A DNA stretch of 63,190 bases from assembly GCA_045659365.1 (NCBI GenBank), contig JAZOWT010000124.1:1-63190 (forward strand). Reading direction: 5' to 3'. Below, piece by piece: positions 26,964 through 36,450 of the stretch. The stretch's first letter is position 1. The number at the start of each line of letters is the position of its first letter. This stretch comes from Eubacteriales bacterium. GTDB taxonomy: Bacteria; Bacillota; Clostridia; Oscillospirales; CAG-272. The position numbers and the translations under genes are program-made. The notes beneath the pieces are model-generated. The model was not told the DNA's origin, searched no databases, and worked only from the letters and a program-made list of their open reading frames with translations.

Positions 26964-27497
26964 TTACTTTTTGTCCTGCTTCACGGGAGAGAGGATGATA
27001 GACATGTATCTTCCCTCAAGAACGGGCTTCTTCTCTGCGGCGCCTACGCCCGAGCAAGCCTCCTCAAACTTTGCTATAACCTCACGGCCAAGCTCCATAT
27101 GAGTCATTTCTCTACCCTTGAAACGAACTACTGCCTTTACCTTGTTTCCTTCTCCGAGGAACCTTTTAGCCTGATTTACTCTGGTATCAAAGTCGTGCTG
27201 CTCAATGCGGCAGGAGAGCTGAACCTCCTTGACCTTAACGATAACCTGCTTCTTCTTTGCTTCCTTTTCTCTCTTGTCACGCTCAAAACAAAACTTTCCG
27301 TAATCGATTGCGCGGCACACGGGAGGAGCTGCGTTAGGAACTATGAGAACAAGATCTACACCGTTGTTATAAGCAAACGCTCTAGCATCGTCGATCTTCA
27401 TAATGCCTACCTGCTCGTTAGAGGGGCCGATAACTCTTACCTCAGGAGCCTTGATCTCTTCATTTATGAGCAAATCCTTGTTGTTGTTAGCGCTAAT
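26964..27497 (-). CDS. infC: translation initiation factor IF-3 (ATT start)
   Basis: ISANNNKDLLINEEIKAPEVRVIG... is a typical IF-3. GGAGGT, then 8 nt, then ATT at 27497 is the classic infC non-canonical start. The ORF-track extension to 27560 (MEFVCVRRFSV...) reads through the leader terminator and is not credible. Confidence 0.9.
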   Translation of the reverse strand: MSANNNKDLLINEEIKAPEVRVIGPSNEQVGIMKIDDARAFAYNNGVDLVLIVPNAAPPVCRAIDYGKFCFERDKREKEAKKKQVIVKVKEVQLSCRIEQHDFDTRVNQAKRFLGEGNKVKAVVRFKGREMTHMELGREVIAKFEEACSGVGAAEKKPVLEGRYMSIILSPVKQDKK

Positions 27498-27662
27498 GGT
27501 TTTGTACCTCCAAAAACAAAAAATGCATACAGAGAATCTCCGTACGCACACAAACTCCACCTTTTTTAGGTAGGATAAATGTATTTACCATACGCACCCT
27601 GTGTGGTATGGTGAGAACGGAAATTCTGCTTGTTGTAGAAGCCTTTCGCTTCTTGCTAGGGT
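27498..27662 (-). promoter_or_regulatory. infC-rpmI-rplT leader RNA with intrinsic attenuator (candidate L20-responsive leader)
   Basis: Minus-strand hairpins AGAAGC-GAAAG-GCTTCT and ACCATAC...GTATGGT. A terminator TGCGTACGGAGATTCTCTGTATGCA + TTTTTTGTTTTT (27512-27548) lies just upstream of the infC RBS. Confidence 0.5.
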
Positions 27663-27691
27663 ATTATACCACTATTTTCGTAAAAAGTCAA
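27663..27691 (-). promoter_or_regulatory. promoter of the infC operon
   Basis: Minus strand: TTGACT (27691-27686), 17 nt, TATAAT (27668-27663). Confidence 0.6.
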
Positions 27692-27802
27692 TAGTTTTTC
27701 GAAAACTTTTTTTGCTTTTTTCAAATCCCATACCAATTTCGGACATTTCTTAAAATATTTTTAATATTTTTTGTTTTATCACTAGATTTTTCTTTTATTG
27801 TG

Positions 27803-27811
27803 TGTTATAAT
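27803..27811 (+). promoter_or_regulatory. extended -10 element upstream of lon
   Basis: TGTTATAAT (TGnTATAAT) lies 42 nt upstream of the lon ATG. There is no good -35. Confidence 0.4.
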
Positions 27812-27852
27812 ATAATGAATTTTTATCGTTTTTTCACTAGCGAGGTACCATA

Positions 27853-30183
27853 ATGTCAGAATTAAACAACAATTACATAGAGCTTGTGCTTCCTGTACTG
27901 CCCCTGCGCGGTATAGTTGGCTTCCCTGCCGTGCAGATGAATATAGAGATCGCACGTCCCGCCTCTCTCAAGGCATTCACCGCTGCGGCAACACTCCACG
28001 ATGCAAAGATGCTTCTTGTCGCTCAGAAGGAGCTGAATATAGAAAAGCCTACTGAAGACGATATGTATAAGGTCGGCGTGCTCGCAGAGATCAAGCACGT
28101 AGTTAAGAATCCTCAGGGCACTCTCACTGTTATCTTTGAGGGCATCTCGAGAGCAAAGGTAGCAAAGTTCGATCTTTCTCAGGATTTCATGATCGCATAT
28201 GCAACAGCGAGAAAGACTGCCAAGAAGGCTGCAGTAACAGAGGAAATCGACGTCCTGATGCACGAGATCAAATCTACCATTAATGAAATTAAGGACATAC
28301 ATCCCTCGTTCAATGACGATATGAACATGGCTGCGCAGGCTATCGCTGCGCCCGATTATTTTGCCGACTTTGTAGCCTCCAGTGCGCTTATTGATTACAA
28401 GAACAAGCAGACTGTTCTTGAGGCTATGAACGTTAAGGCAAGACTCGACAAGCTTCTTGTCGCACTTGAGGAGGAGGCTATGCTTCTCAGATGCGAGCGC
28501 GATATACAGCTCCAAGTAAGAGAAAAGATAGACCGAAATCAGAAGGACTATTTCCTCCGTGAGCAGATCAAGGCTATCCAAGCCGAGCTCGGAGAGGATG
28601 ATGACGACGAAATACGCGAGTACGAGGAGAAAATCGAAGCAAAAGACATGCCGGAGGACGTCAAGACCAAGCTTTTCAAGGAGCTCTCAAAGCTGGCTAA
28701 GACACCCTTTGGAGCTGCCGAAAGCACGGTTCTGCGCTCTTATCTTGACACCTGCCTTGACTTTCCTTTCGGTATAAAGACAAGCGAGCCCGTTACGGTT
28801 GCCGAGGCAAGAGAGATCCTTGACGAGGATCACGACGGCCTTGAAAAGGTAAAGGAAAGAATACTCGAATTCGTTGCTATCAAGCAGTTCTCACCCGAGG
28901 TAAAGAATCAGATCATCTGCCTTGTAGGCCCTCCCGGTGTCGGAAAAACCTCCGTAGCTGCCTCGATTGCAAAGGCGCTTAAGAGAAAATATTCCCGCGT
29001 TTCGCTTGGCGGTATGCACGACGAGGCGGAGATCCGTGGTCACAGAAAGACCTACGTAGGTGCTATGCCGGGCAGAATCGTTACCGCGCTCATAAACGCA
29101 AAGGTTGAAAACCCGGTCATCGTTCTCGATGAAATTGACAAAATGTCAAACAACTTCCGAGGAGACCCCACCTCTGCACTTCTCGAGGTGCTTGACCCCG
29201 AACAGAACAAATTCTTCCGTGATAATTTCATGGAAATTCCTATCGACCTTTCCGACGTGCTTTTTATTGCAACAGCAAACAACTATGCATCTATCCCCCT
29301 GCCCTTGCTTGACAGAATGGAAATAATCGAGCTCTCCACATACACAGATTCAGAGAAGCTCGCCATTGCTAAAAATCACCTTATTCCCAAGCAGCTCAAG
29401 CGCAACGGCATGAATAAGCGTCGTTTCAAAATCACCGACGGTGGCATAATGTCGCTTATTACCAATTATACTAAAGAGGCCGGTGTACGTACCCTTGAGC
29501 GTGAAATTGCTTCGCTCATCAGAAAAAGCGCAAAAAAGATTGCCGAAAGTGGCGCAAAATCTGTAACGGTAACCGAAAAGAATATTTCCGAGTTCCTTGG
29601 AAAGCGAAAGGTTATTCCCGAAACACTCGAAGCGACCAATCCCGTAGGAATTGTAAACGGACTTGCCTATACTCAGACCGGCGGTGATCTCTTGAAGGTA
29701 GAGGTTGCAACCATGGACGGAGACGGCAGAATTCAGATTACAGGTTCGCTCGGCGACGTAATGAAGGAGTCGGCAAGCATTGCACACTCCTACGTCAGAA
29801 CGATCGCTAAAAAATACAAGATCGACCCCGATTTTCACAAGGCAAGCGATATTCACATTCACTTTCCTGAGGGCGCTATTCCCAAAGACGGCCCCTCTGC
29901 CGGTGTAACCATGGTAACTGCGATAGTAAGCGCCCTTGGTAACATTCCTGTAAGACGTGACGTAGCCATGACGGGAGAAATTACTCTTCGCGGAAAGGTT
30001 CTTGCCATTGGTGGACTCAAGGAAAAGACACTTGCGGCATACCGTTCCGGAATAAACACTGTTCTTATTCCCGAAGACAACATGCGCGATCTCGACGAAA
30101 TTGACACCGAAGCGCGCAATCACCTTACATTTATCCCCTGCAAAACTGCAGATGATGTTTTGATGCATGCTTTGGTAAGATAA
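27853..30183 (+). CDS. lon: ATP-dependent Lon protease
   Basis: LON N-domain, Walker [10 protein letters not shown], and protease catalytic region [11 protein letters not shown]...K. Confidence 0.97.
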   Translation: MSELNNNYIELVLPVLPLRGIVGFPAVQMNIEIARPASLKAFTAAATLHDAKMLLVAQKELNIEKPTEDDMYKVGVLAEIKHVVKNPQGTLTVIFEGISRAKVAKFDLSQDFMIAYATARKTAKKAAVTEEIDVLMHEIKSTINEIKDIHPSFNDDMNMAAQAIAAPDYFADFVASSALIDYKNKQTVLEAMNVKARLDKLLVALEEEAMLLRCERDIQLQVREKIDRNQKDYFLREQIKAIQAELGEDDDDEIREYEEKIEAKDMPEDVKTKLFKELSKLAKTPFGAAESTVLRSYLDTCLDFPFGIKTSEPVTVAEAREILDEDHDGLEKVKERILEFVAIKQFSPEVKNQIICLVGPPGVGKTSVAASIAKALKRKYSRVSLGGMHDEAEIRGHRKTYVGAMPGRIVTALINAKVENPVIVLDEIDKMSNNFRGDPTSALLEVLDPEQNKFFRDNFMEIPIDLSDVLFIATANNYASIPLPLLDRMEIIELSTYTDSEKLAIAKNHLIPKQLKRNGMNKRRFKITDGGIMSLITNYTKEAGVRTLEREIASLIRKSAKKIAESGAKSVTVTEKNISEFLGKRKVIPETLEATNPVGIVNGLAYTQTGGDLLKVEVATMDGDGRIQITGSLGDVMKESASIAHSYVRTIAKKYKIDPDFHKASDIHIHFPEGAIPKDGPSAGVTMVTAIVSALGNIPVRRDVAMTGEITLRGKVLAIGGLKEKTLAAYRSGINTVLIPEDNMRDLDEIDTEARNHLTFIPCKTADDVLMHALVR

Positions 30184-30195
30184 AAGGAAATAACA

Positions 30196-30795
30196 ATGAG
30201 AGTAAATACTAACAATACGACCCTTGCGATCACGGTTGGCACGCAACGTCAGTTTATACGCGATCCCAAGCCTCAAATAGCTCTTTCCGGACGCTCTAAT
30301 GTCGGAAAAAGTTCACTGATAAACACCCTCATAGGCAGAAAATCCCTCGCCCGCGTATCCTCATCTCCCGGAAAGACAATCACTATCAATTACTTTGACG
30401 TAGATAAAAAGCTTTTTCTGGTAGACCTTCCCGGTTACGGATATGCAAAAAGGTCAAAGGATTCAAAAAAGGTATGGAGCACCCTTACTGAGGATTATTT
30501 TGTTAAAAATCCCTCAGCAGATGCCCTTAAGCTCGTTATACAGCTGATAGACATCCGTACCGGCCCTACCGATGACGATATCCTCATGATCAACTGGATG
30601 ATCGACATGGGCGTACCCTTTTTGGTAGTTGCTACAAAAACAGACAAGCTCTCCAAAAAGCAACTCTCCGAAGCTATAGAGTCCATTCACAACAACTATT
30701 TCAATGGCACCGGAATCGAAATTCTTCCCTTCTCGTCGGTGACAAGAGAAGGCAAGGACGAGCTTTGGAAAAAAATTTTTGATGCCATATCTTAA
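30196..30795 (+). CDS. engB: ribosome biogenesis GTP-binding protein YsxC/EngB
   Basis: G1 GRSNVGKSSLIN, G3 DLPGYG, G4 TKTDK. Conserved lon-engB order. Confidence 0.93.
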   Translation: MRVNTNNTTLAITVGTQRQFIRDPKPQIALSGRSNVGKSSLINTLIGRKSLARVSSSPGKTITINYFDVDKKLFLVDLPGYGYAKRSKDSKKVWSTLTEDYFVKNPSADALKLVIQLIDIRTGPTDDDILMINWMIDMGVPFLVVATKTDKLSKKQLSEAIESIHNNYFNGTGIEILPFSSVTREGKDELWKKIFDAIS

Positions 30796-30816
30796 CCAAA
30801 AGTCACACGGAGGTAA

Positions 30817-31560
30817 ATGAGTTTGGCTAATATACTTTATTACGCACTGTCAGCCTTGGCCGTCCTCATTGTTTTGACTATACACGAATACTCACACGCT
30901 TATGCAGCGTACAAGCTGGGTGATGACACTGCAAAAAACGTCGGACGTCTTACACTTAACCCGCTTAAGCACCTTGACCCGTTTGGTGCTTTATGCATGA
31001 TCTTGTTTCACTTTGGTTGGGCAAGGCCGGTTCCAATAAACGCCCGCAACTTCAAAAATCCCAAGCGTGGATTTGCAATAACCGCACTGGCAGGACCGCT
31101 TTCTAACCTTGTAACTGCTTTCATATCGGCATTCATATACCTGCTTGCCTACACTTTACTGCGCGACATAGAGTACAAAACAGAATTTGCCCTTAACATC
31201 GCACAGAATACACTCGATTTCATCTACGTCTTTCATATAATCAACGTAGGTATCGCCGTATTCAACTTAATACCCGTGCCGCCGCTTGACGGCTCGAGAA
31301 TCCTCACTGTTGTACTGCCCCCTAAAGCCTACTTTGGCCTTATGAAATACGAGAGAATTATTTATCTCGCGCTTATAGGATGGTTGCTTCTCGGAGGATA
31401 CGCAGCAAGCTTTCTCCTTGCTATCCCTTTTATTTCAAGCAACGCTGTTCTTTCTTTCCTGGTATCCTTGCTTGACCTTTCCGGCAGGCTCACTGACGTA
31501 TTCTCGTGGATATCAAAAGGAATGATGGCATTCTGGCAGCTTATTCCCTTTCTCAAATAA
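30817..31560 (+). CDS. site-2 protease family (M50) membrane metalloprotease
   Basis: HEYSHAYAA (HExxH) in a TM helix, later NLIPVPPLDGSR motif, multiple TM segments. Confidence 0.85.
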   Translation: MSLANILYYALSALAVLIVLTIHEYSHAYAAYKLGDDTAKNVGRLTLNPLKHLDPFGALCMILFHFGWARPVPINARNFKNPKRGFAITALAGPLSNLVTAFISAFIYLLAYTLLRDIEYKTEFALNIAQNTLDFIYVFHIINVGIAVFNLIPVPPLDGSRILTVVLPPKAYFGLMKYERIIYLALIGWLLLGGYAASFLLAIPFISSNAVLSFLVSLLDLSGRLTDVFSWISKGMMAFWQLIPFLK

Positions 31561-31587
31561 GCTCTTTAAATCGATTGGAGATTATCA

Positions 31588-32436
31588 ATGATAGAACAAG
31601 TGACATATAGGCTCGACCAATTTGAGGGCCCGCTTGACCTTTTGTTAACGCTTATAACAAAAAACAAGGTTAGCATCACGGATATACCGATTGCAATAAT
31701 ATGCGACCAGTATATGGAATATATAAATGAAGCCCAACGAATGGACCTTGACGTGGCGAGTGAATTCATCGTAATGGCAAGTGAATTGATGCTCATCAAG
31801 AGCAGAATGATCCTGCCGCACGAGGAAGGCACTGAAAACGACCCGCGTCGTGAAATTGCAGACGCGCTCTTGCTTTACCAACAGGCAAAGATCGCTGCAA
31901 AGGAAATGCGCTCGCTTTACGAGGAATATTCCGGTCGATTTGTCAAAGGCACTGACGACATTCCGCCTGAAAAGGGCCTGCCCCTTGACCTTGACCCCAA
32001 TCTGCTTATAAAGGCGCTTAATTCGGTAATGAGACGTATAAGAATCGCAAATGCCGAAAGAGCACCTAAGGATCTTGTTAATCCGCTTATAAAGCACAAA
32101 ATAGTGTCGGTCGAGGAAAAGATTGAAGAAATATGTGCGTTGCTTGACGAGCACGAGGAGGCTTCCCTCTTCTTCCTGTTAAAGGACGCAGACTCTCGCT
32201 CTGAGCTTGTTGCCCGCTTTATGGGAGTTCTCGAGCTGATAAAGATACATCGAATTACGATAACAACCGTTCACTTTGTAGAGGACGTGGCAGAATACGA
32301 TGCCCAGGGACTTGAAATGAAGTTCAAACTTAACCCCGATTACGTTCCCGGAGATGATATTCTCGAAAGTGAATTTGACATAATGCCCCAGGCCGAGGAC
32401 ACCAACAACAACGAAAAGAACAACGGAAAGGTCTAA
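31588..32436 (+). CDS. scpA: segregation and condensation protein A
   Basis: FEGPLDLLLTLITKNKVSITDIPIA is a typical ScpA N-terminus. Confidence 0.92.
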   Translation: MIEQVTYRLDQFEGPLDLLLTLITKNKVSITDIPIAIICDQYMEYINEAQRMDLDVASEFIVMASELMLIKSRMILPHEEGTENDPRREIADALLLYQQAKIAAKEMRSLYEEYSGRFVKGTDDIPPEKGLPLDLDPNLLIKALNSVMRRIRIANAERAPKDLVNPLIKHKIVSVEEKIEEICALLDEHEEASLFFLLKDADSRSELVARFMGVLELIKIHRITITTVHFVEDVAEYDAQGLEMKFKLNPDYVPGDDILESEFDIMPQAEDTNNNEKNNGKV

Positions 32437-32442
32437 CCAACG

Positions 32443-33291
32443 ATGAGTGACGAAATCAAAGAAATAGAAGAAAAAACCGAGCAGGAGAGCTCCGATGTAG
32501 CACTCCCAAGATCTATTGTTATGGAAGAAGCAATAGAGGCAATACTTTTTGCTGCCGGCCATCCAATATCATACGCTACGCTCGCAAGAGTGTTTGAATC
32601 AACACCCGCAAAGGTGCGCGATACCGTCGCTGAGTATTCCTTGAAGTACAACAACTCTGAAATTCCGCGCGGCGTACTTCTCCTTACATATTCCGATTCC
32701 TGCCAGCTTTGCACCAAGGAGTATTACCTTACAGAGATACGCGATGCGCTCGGCATAAAGAAGAGCGGTACTCTTTCCTCCTCCGCCATGGAAACACTTG
32801 CAATCGTAGCATACAACCAGCCTGTAACACGTCTGTTTGTTGATACGTTAAGAAAGGTTGACTCCTCGTATGCGATGAACAGCCTTATCGACCGCGGACT
32901 TATTGAGTGTAAGGGTAGACTTGACGTGCCCGGCAGACCTATGCTGTACGGCACTACATCCGACTTTTTGCGTTGCTTCGGTCTCAGAGATCTTGATTCT
33001 CTTCCCAAGACCACCGAAGAGATGACTGAGGTGTTTACAAATGCAAAGCTCGGCGAGGAAAACAACGAATTAAATGACGAAAATGCGGAAATAAATAACG
33101 GTGACGGAGCTCAGATGACAATCGAGGATGTCGAGGCCGAGGAGGCAGCGGCAGCATCCGAAACCAACGAAATAGAGGAGCCGTCCGCAGAAGACGATAT
33201 AATCGCTGACGACATGCTCGTCGAATACGACATTCCCGCTAACGGCGAGGAAGAGCCCGAGGGCGCGGAGGAAGAAGCGGACGCCGAATAA
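32443..33291 (+). CDS. scpB: segregation and condensation protein B with long acidic C-terminal tail
   Basis: AIEAILFAAGHPISY...ETLAIVAYNQPVTR...GRPMLYGTT winged-helix core. The tail from about aa 190 is rich in D and E. Confidence 0.9.
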   Translation: MSDEIKEIEEKTEQESSDVALPRSIVMEEAIEAILFAAGHPISYATLARVFESTPAKVRDTVAEYSLKYNNSEIPRGVLLLTYSDSCQLCTKEYYLTEIRDALGIKKSGTLSSSAMETLAIVAYNQPVTRLFVDTLRKVDSSYAMNSLIDRGLIECKGRLDVPGRPMLYGTTSDFLRCFGLRDLDSLPKTTEEMTEVFTNAKLGEENNELNDENAEINNGDGAQMTIEDVEAEEAAAASETNEIEEPSAEDDIIADDMLVEYDIPANGEEEPEGAEEEADAE

Positions 33292-33684
33292 ATGGCGCAA
33301 TTAACCGTATTTGCTATCGCATTAATAATTGTATTGCTACTTCTTATACAACCGATTTCACTACGATTCGTGTTGCATAACGGATATTACATCATCCTTG
33401 ATTACTCGTTTTTTTCATTAATAGCTGAGCCTTCAAGCGATAATAAAAGGAAGCGCAAAAGGAAACACATACCTTCAATAAAAGCAATTACAAGATTTGC
33501 AAAAGCGGTGCTAAAGTCCTCAAGGATAACAATCCGACAACTACAGCTTCCTACTCTAAGCAACCTGGTCGACGCCCTGTCATTTGATGTCATTTTAGAA
33601 ACCAGATTATACAATATCCTCTTTGCGGGTATACTTCTTTTATATGAAGAGCTTAAGAGGAGGATAAGAACCCTGAATGTCTGA
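33292..33684 (+). CDS. hypothetical membrane protein (DUF2953/YtfI-like by position)
   Basis: N-terminal TM helix and a basic KRKRKRKH stretch. It overlaps the following ytfJ-like gene by 8 nt, like the B. subtilis ytfI-ytfJ pair. Confidence 0.5.
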   Translation: MAQLTVFAIALIIVLLLLIQPISLRFVLHNGYYIILDYSFFSLIAEPSSDNKRKRKRKHIPSIKAITRFAKAVLKSSRITIRQLQLPTLSNLVDALSFDVILETRLYNILFAGILLLYEELKRRIRTLNV

Positions 33685-34057
33685 AAATCGAATAAGTGAT
33701 ATTATAAAAGCCTCATTAGACGGTGTACGTAGCTTCACCGATATGGAAACCACAATCGGCAGTGCCATACACACTCCAAGCGGAGTAACTGTAATTCCTG
33801 TATCGAAAATATCTGTCGGATTTGCCGGAGGTGGCCTTGACATAAGCGGAAAAAAGCTTGGAGCAAACCAAAACTACGGCACCGGAACAGGTAGCGGTGT
33901 ATCTGTTACCCCCATAGCCTTTCTTACAATTGGAAAAAATGCAGAAATAAACCTTATCAGTATTGACCAAAAGGTCAACACAAGTGTAGATAGGGTCACT
34001 TCCCTTATCGAGCAGTCCCCGGATATTATCCAGAAGATCAAGGATGTGCTTGGTTAA
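33677..34057 (+). CDS. ytfJ: GerW/YtfJ-family sporulation protein
   Basis: TVIPVSKISVGFAGGG...GSGVSVTPIAFLTIG is the YtfJ/GerW signature pattern. Confidence 0.85.
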   Translation: MSENRISDIIKASLDGVRSFTDMETTIGSAIHTPSGVTVIPVSKISVGFAGGGLDISGKKLGANQNYGTGTGSGVSVTPIAFLTIGKNAEINLISIDQKVNTSVDRVTSLIEQSPDIIQKIKDVLG

Positions 34058-34125
34058 AATTTCATTTGATATATTTTATATTTCCGCGCAAAATACCTAC
34101 AAATAACATATGGCGGAAATATAAA

Positions 34126-35238
34126 ATGTACAGAAACAAAAAAGACTGGATCTTTGCCATACTTGTGCTTATATCACTGCTCTTTTCCCTGTTCACTATA
34201 TACGTGTACTCTGAAAATACACCTAATATAAGCGCTAGGTCGGCAGCTCTTTATGAGCCGGAAACAAAATCCTTTATTTATACTAAAAACGCAAACGAGC
34301 GACTTGGAATGGCCAGCACCACAAAAATAATGTCAGCGCTTATAGCACTGGAAAGCATCGAGCTTGATGCGATGATAGAGGTCGATGACCGTGCCATAGG
34401 AATAGACGGCTCGTCGATATATCTTGAGCAGGGCGAAATACTGAGCGCGGAGGATCTTATCTACGCGCTTATGTTAAGTAGTGCCAACGATGCGGCCGAG
34501 GCGCTGGCATATGAAATATGCGGAAGCATTGAAGGTTTTTGCGATATGATGAACGAGCGAGCCAGGATGATTGGACTTGAAAACACCCACTTCAGCAATC
34601 CACACGGATTAGATGCCCAGGAGCACTACACCACCGCGCGCGAGCTGGCAATTATAGCGTCAGAGGCACTGAAAAATCCTAAATTCAAAGAGATTTCCTC
34701 AACAAAATCTCGGAAAATAAACAGTAATATAAAAACAAGAGTGCTTGTTAATCACAACAAGCTTTTAAAAATGTATGAGGGGTGTGTTGGTGTAAAAACC
34801 GGATACACTCAAATGACAGGAAGATCTCTTGTAGGCGCCGCCGAGAGAGATGGCCTATGTCTTATAAGCGTTACGCTGGATGCTCCGAACGATTGGACGG
34901 ATCACAAGGTAATGCTTGATTACGGATTCAGCACCGTGCACGCACTTACTCTTATAGGCGAGGGCGAGTTTAACTATACCCTGCCTGTAATTAACGGCAC
35001 CGGTAATAGCGTAGTCGTAAAAAATCGCAATTCATTAAAGTATATATATACAGACGATGCGCCAAGGATAGTCAAAGAGGTGCGCATGCCACACTTTTTG
35101 GTTGCGCCGATCAACAAGGGTGACGCAGTAGGAAGCATCGTATTTAAAAGTGATGACGAAATAATCGCAACCACTGATATTATCGCAACCGAATCTGTCA
35201 CAAAGATCAAAGAAAGGATATTTGACAGACTGTTTTAG
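34126..35238 (+). CDS. D-alanyl-D-alanine carboxypeptidase (S11, DacB/DacF-like)
   Basis: SxxK (ASTTKIM), SxN (SSANDA), KTG (KTGYT), with an N-terminal signal/TM. ATG 34126 is preferred to the ORF-track TTG 34066. Confidence 0.88.
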   Translation: MYRNKKDWIFAILVLISLLFSLFTIYVYSENTPNISARSAALYEPETKSFIYTKNANERLGMASTTKIMSALIALESIELDAMIEVDDRAIGIDGSSIYLEQGEILSAEDLIYALMLSSANDAAEALAYEICGSIEGFCDMMNERARMIGLENTHFSNPHGLDAQEHYTTARELAIIASEALKNPKFKEISSTKSRKINSNIKTRVLVNHNKLLKMYEGCVGVKTGYTQMTGRSLVGAAERDGLCLISVTLDAPNDWTDHKVMLDYGFSTVHALTLIGEGEFNYTLPVINGTGNSVVVKNRNSLKYIYTDDAPRIVKEVRMPHFLVAPINKGDAVGSIVFKSDDEIIATTDIIATESVTKIKERIFDRLF

Positions 35239-35252
35239 CATTAGGAGGACGT

Positions 35253-35987
35253 ATGGAAAAAATCAGACTTCAAAAATTCATATCCGATTCAGGAGTAATG
35301 TCACGCCGTGCCGCAGAAGCAGAGATAGAAAAAGGCAACGTTTCCGTAAACGGTCACGTTGCCGCTATCGGCACCAAAATAAACCCTCGTCAGGACATAG
35401 TTTCTATCAAGAGCAAGCGCATCGAATATAAAAGACGCGAATATACCTACATAATGATGAACAAGCCAAGAGGATATCTGTGCAGCACCACTGACGACAG
35501 AGGCAGAAAATGTGTTACAGACCTTTTGGATGGTGTTTCTGCGCGAGTATACCCTGTAGGCAGACTTGACCTTATATCTGAGGGAATGCTTCTCCTTACC
35601 GATGACGGTGAGCTTAAAAACAAGCTTACACACCCAAGCCATTCCCTGCCCAAGATATACAGAGTAAAGGTAGGTGGAGAGGTAAGCGCCAAGCAGCACG
35701 AAATTCTCACCTCAGAGCTTGAGATTGACGGATACAAGATCAAGCCGGTAGACGTAATCGTAGGCGAAAGTGATGAAAGTGGTACCGTACTCAAGATGAC
35801 TCTTACCGAGGGCAGAAACAGACAGATCCGTAAGATGTGCGAGATTGCAGGCCTTACAGTAAAAAGACTTTCAAGAGTTTCGATAGGTAATTTGAAGCTC
35901 AACAATCTTCCCGTGGGCAAGTGGAGATACCTCGAGGATTCCGAGGTTGAATATCTTTACAAGGCTACCAGAAAGGTTAATAGCTGA
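35253..35987 (+). CDS. rluB: rRNA pseudouridine synthase (RsuA/RluB family)
   Basis: N-terminal S4 domain (RLQKFISDSGVMSRR) and catalytic motif VGRLDLISEGMLLLTDDG. Confidence 0.9.
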   Translation: MEKIRLQKFISDSGVMSRRAAEAEIEKGNVSVNGHVAAIGTKINPRQDIVSIKSKRIEYKRREYTYIMMNKPRGYLCSTTDDRGRKCVTDLLDGVSARVYPVGRLDLISEGMLLLTDDGELKNKLTHPSHSLPKIYRVKVGGEVSAKQHEILTSELEIDGYKIKPVDVIVGESDESGTVLKMTLTEGRNRQIRKMCEIAGLTVKRLSRVSIGNLKLNNLPVGKWRYLEDSEVEYLYKATRKVNS

Positions 35988-35989
35988 TA

Positions 35990-36400
35990 ATGTTTAGAAT
36001 TTCACCCATCAATGACATAAATCTTCAGAAAGAATACGCTTTACAGTGTGGTACTACCCTCAAGGACGGATACTTTGCATACGCTATGATAGACGTTGAG
36101 ACTGGCGGACTTATGGGATTTTCGCAGTTTGAAATAGATTTTGATTGCGGATATATATCAGATATAAGGCCAAAAATCGGCTTATCGGACTTTGAGGCGA
36201 TGTTCATACTTGGAAGAGCGACAATGAACTTTATTGATATGTGCGGTGCTCATAATTGCAAAGCAGACAATAATGCGGCAGAAGAGCGTTTGCTCAAATC
36301 TATTGGATTTAAACCTACGGAGTCCGGTGACTGGTATGCAGATATGACCGGTATGTTTGACGGACATTGCGGTGGCCACACCGTTGACACAACCAAATAA
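35990..36400 (+). CDS. hypothetical small protein, possibly a truncated GNAT-like fold
   Basis: 136 aa, beginning 2 nt after the rluB stop. C-terminal AEERLLKSIGFKP resembles the GNAT alpha4/beta motif. There are no firm catalytic motifs. Confidence 0.4.
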   Translation: MFRISPINDINLQKEYALQCGTTLKDGYFAYAMIDVETGGLMGFSQFEIDFDCGYISDIRPKIGLSDFEAMFILGRATMNFIDMCGAHNCKADNNAAEERLLKSIGFKPTESGDWYADMTGMFDGHCGGHTVDTTK

Positions 36401-36403
36401 ATG

Positions 36404-36441
36404 AAAACACCCATCGGATAAATTTCCGATGGGTGTTTTTT
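36404..36441. terminator. bidirectional intrinsic terminator (rluB operon / tgt)
   Basis: AAAACACCCATCGGA (36404-36418) pairs with TCCGATGGGTGTTTT (36425-36439). Confidence 0.85.
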
Positions 36442-36450
36442 ATGTTTAAA

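Noticed and set aside
27498-27560. N-terminal extension of IF-3 (MEFVCVRRFSVCIFCFWRYKT) from the six-frame track; similar upstream extensions for smc (17740), dprA (25475), miaB (44123), the ymcA-like gene (42700), the dacB-like gene (34066) and hom (5806)
   Set aside because: In each case a downstream start with a proper Shine-Dalgarno sequence gives the conserved family N-terminus and removes overlap with the upstream gene or terminator. The extensions have non-protein-like composition.
27775-27840. TT(A/T)TCACTAG repeated on both sides of the lon -10 region; considered as a CIRCE (HrcA) or CtsR operator
   Set aside because: The repeats are direct, not the inverted TTAGCACTC-N9-GAGTGCTAA of CIRCE. 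There is no GGTCAAA heptad for CtsR. A 7-mer core repeat in an AT-rich 300-bp spacer is expected by chance.
29350-30276. 308-aa minus-strand ORF antisense to lon and the engB start
   Set aside because: Codon-aligned with lon (30274 - 27853 = 3 x 807). No motifs, and it is embedded in a conserved gene.
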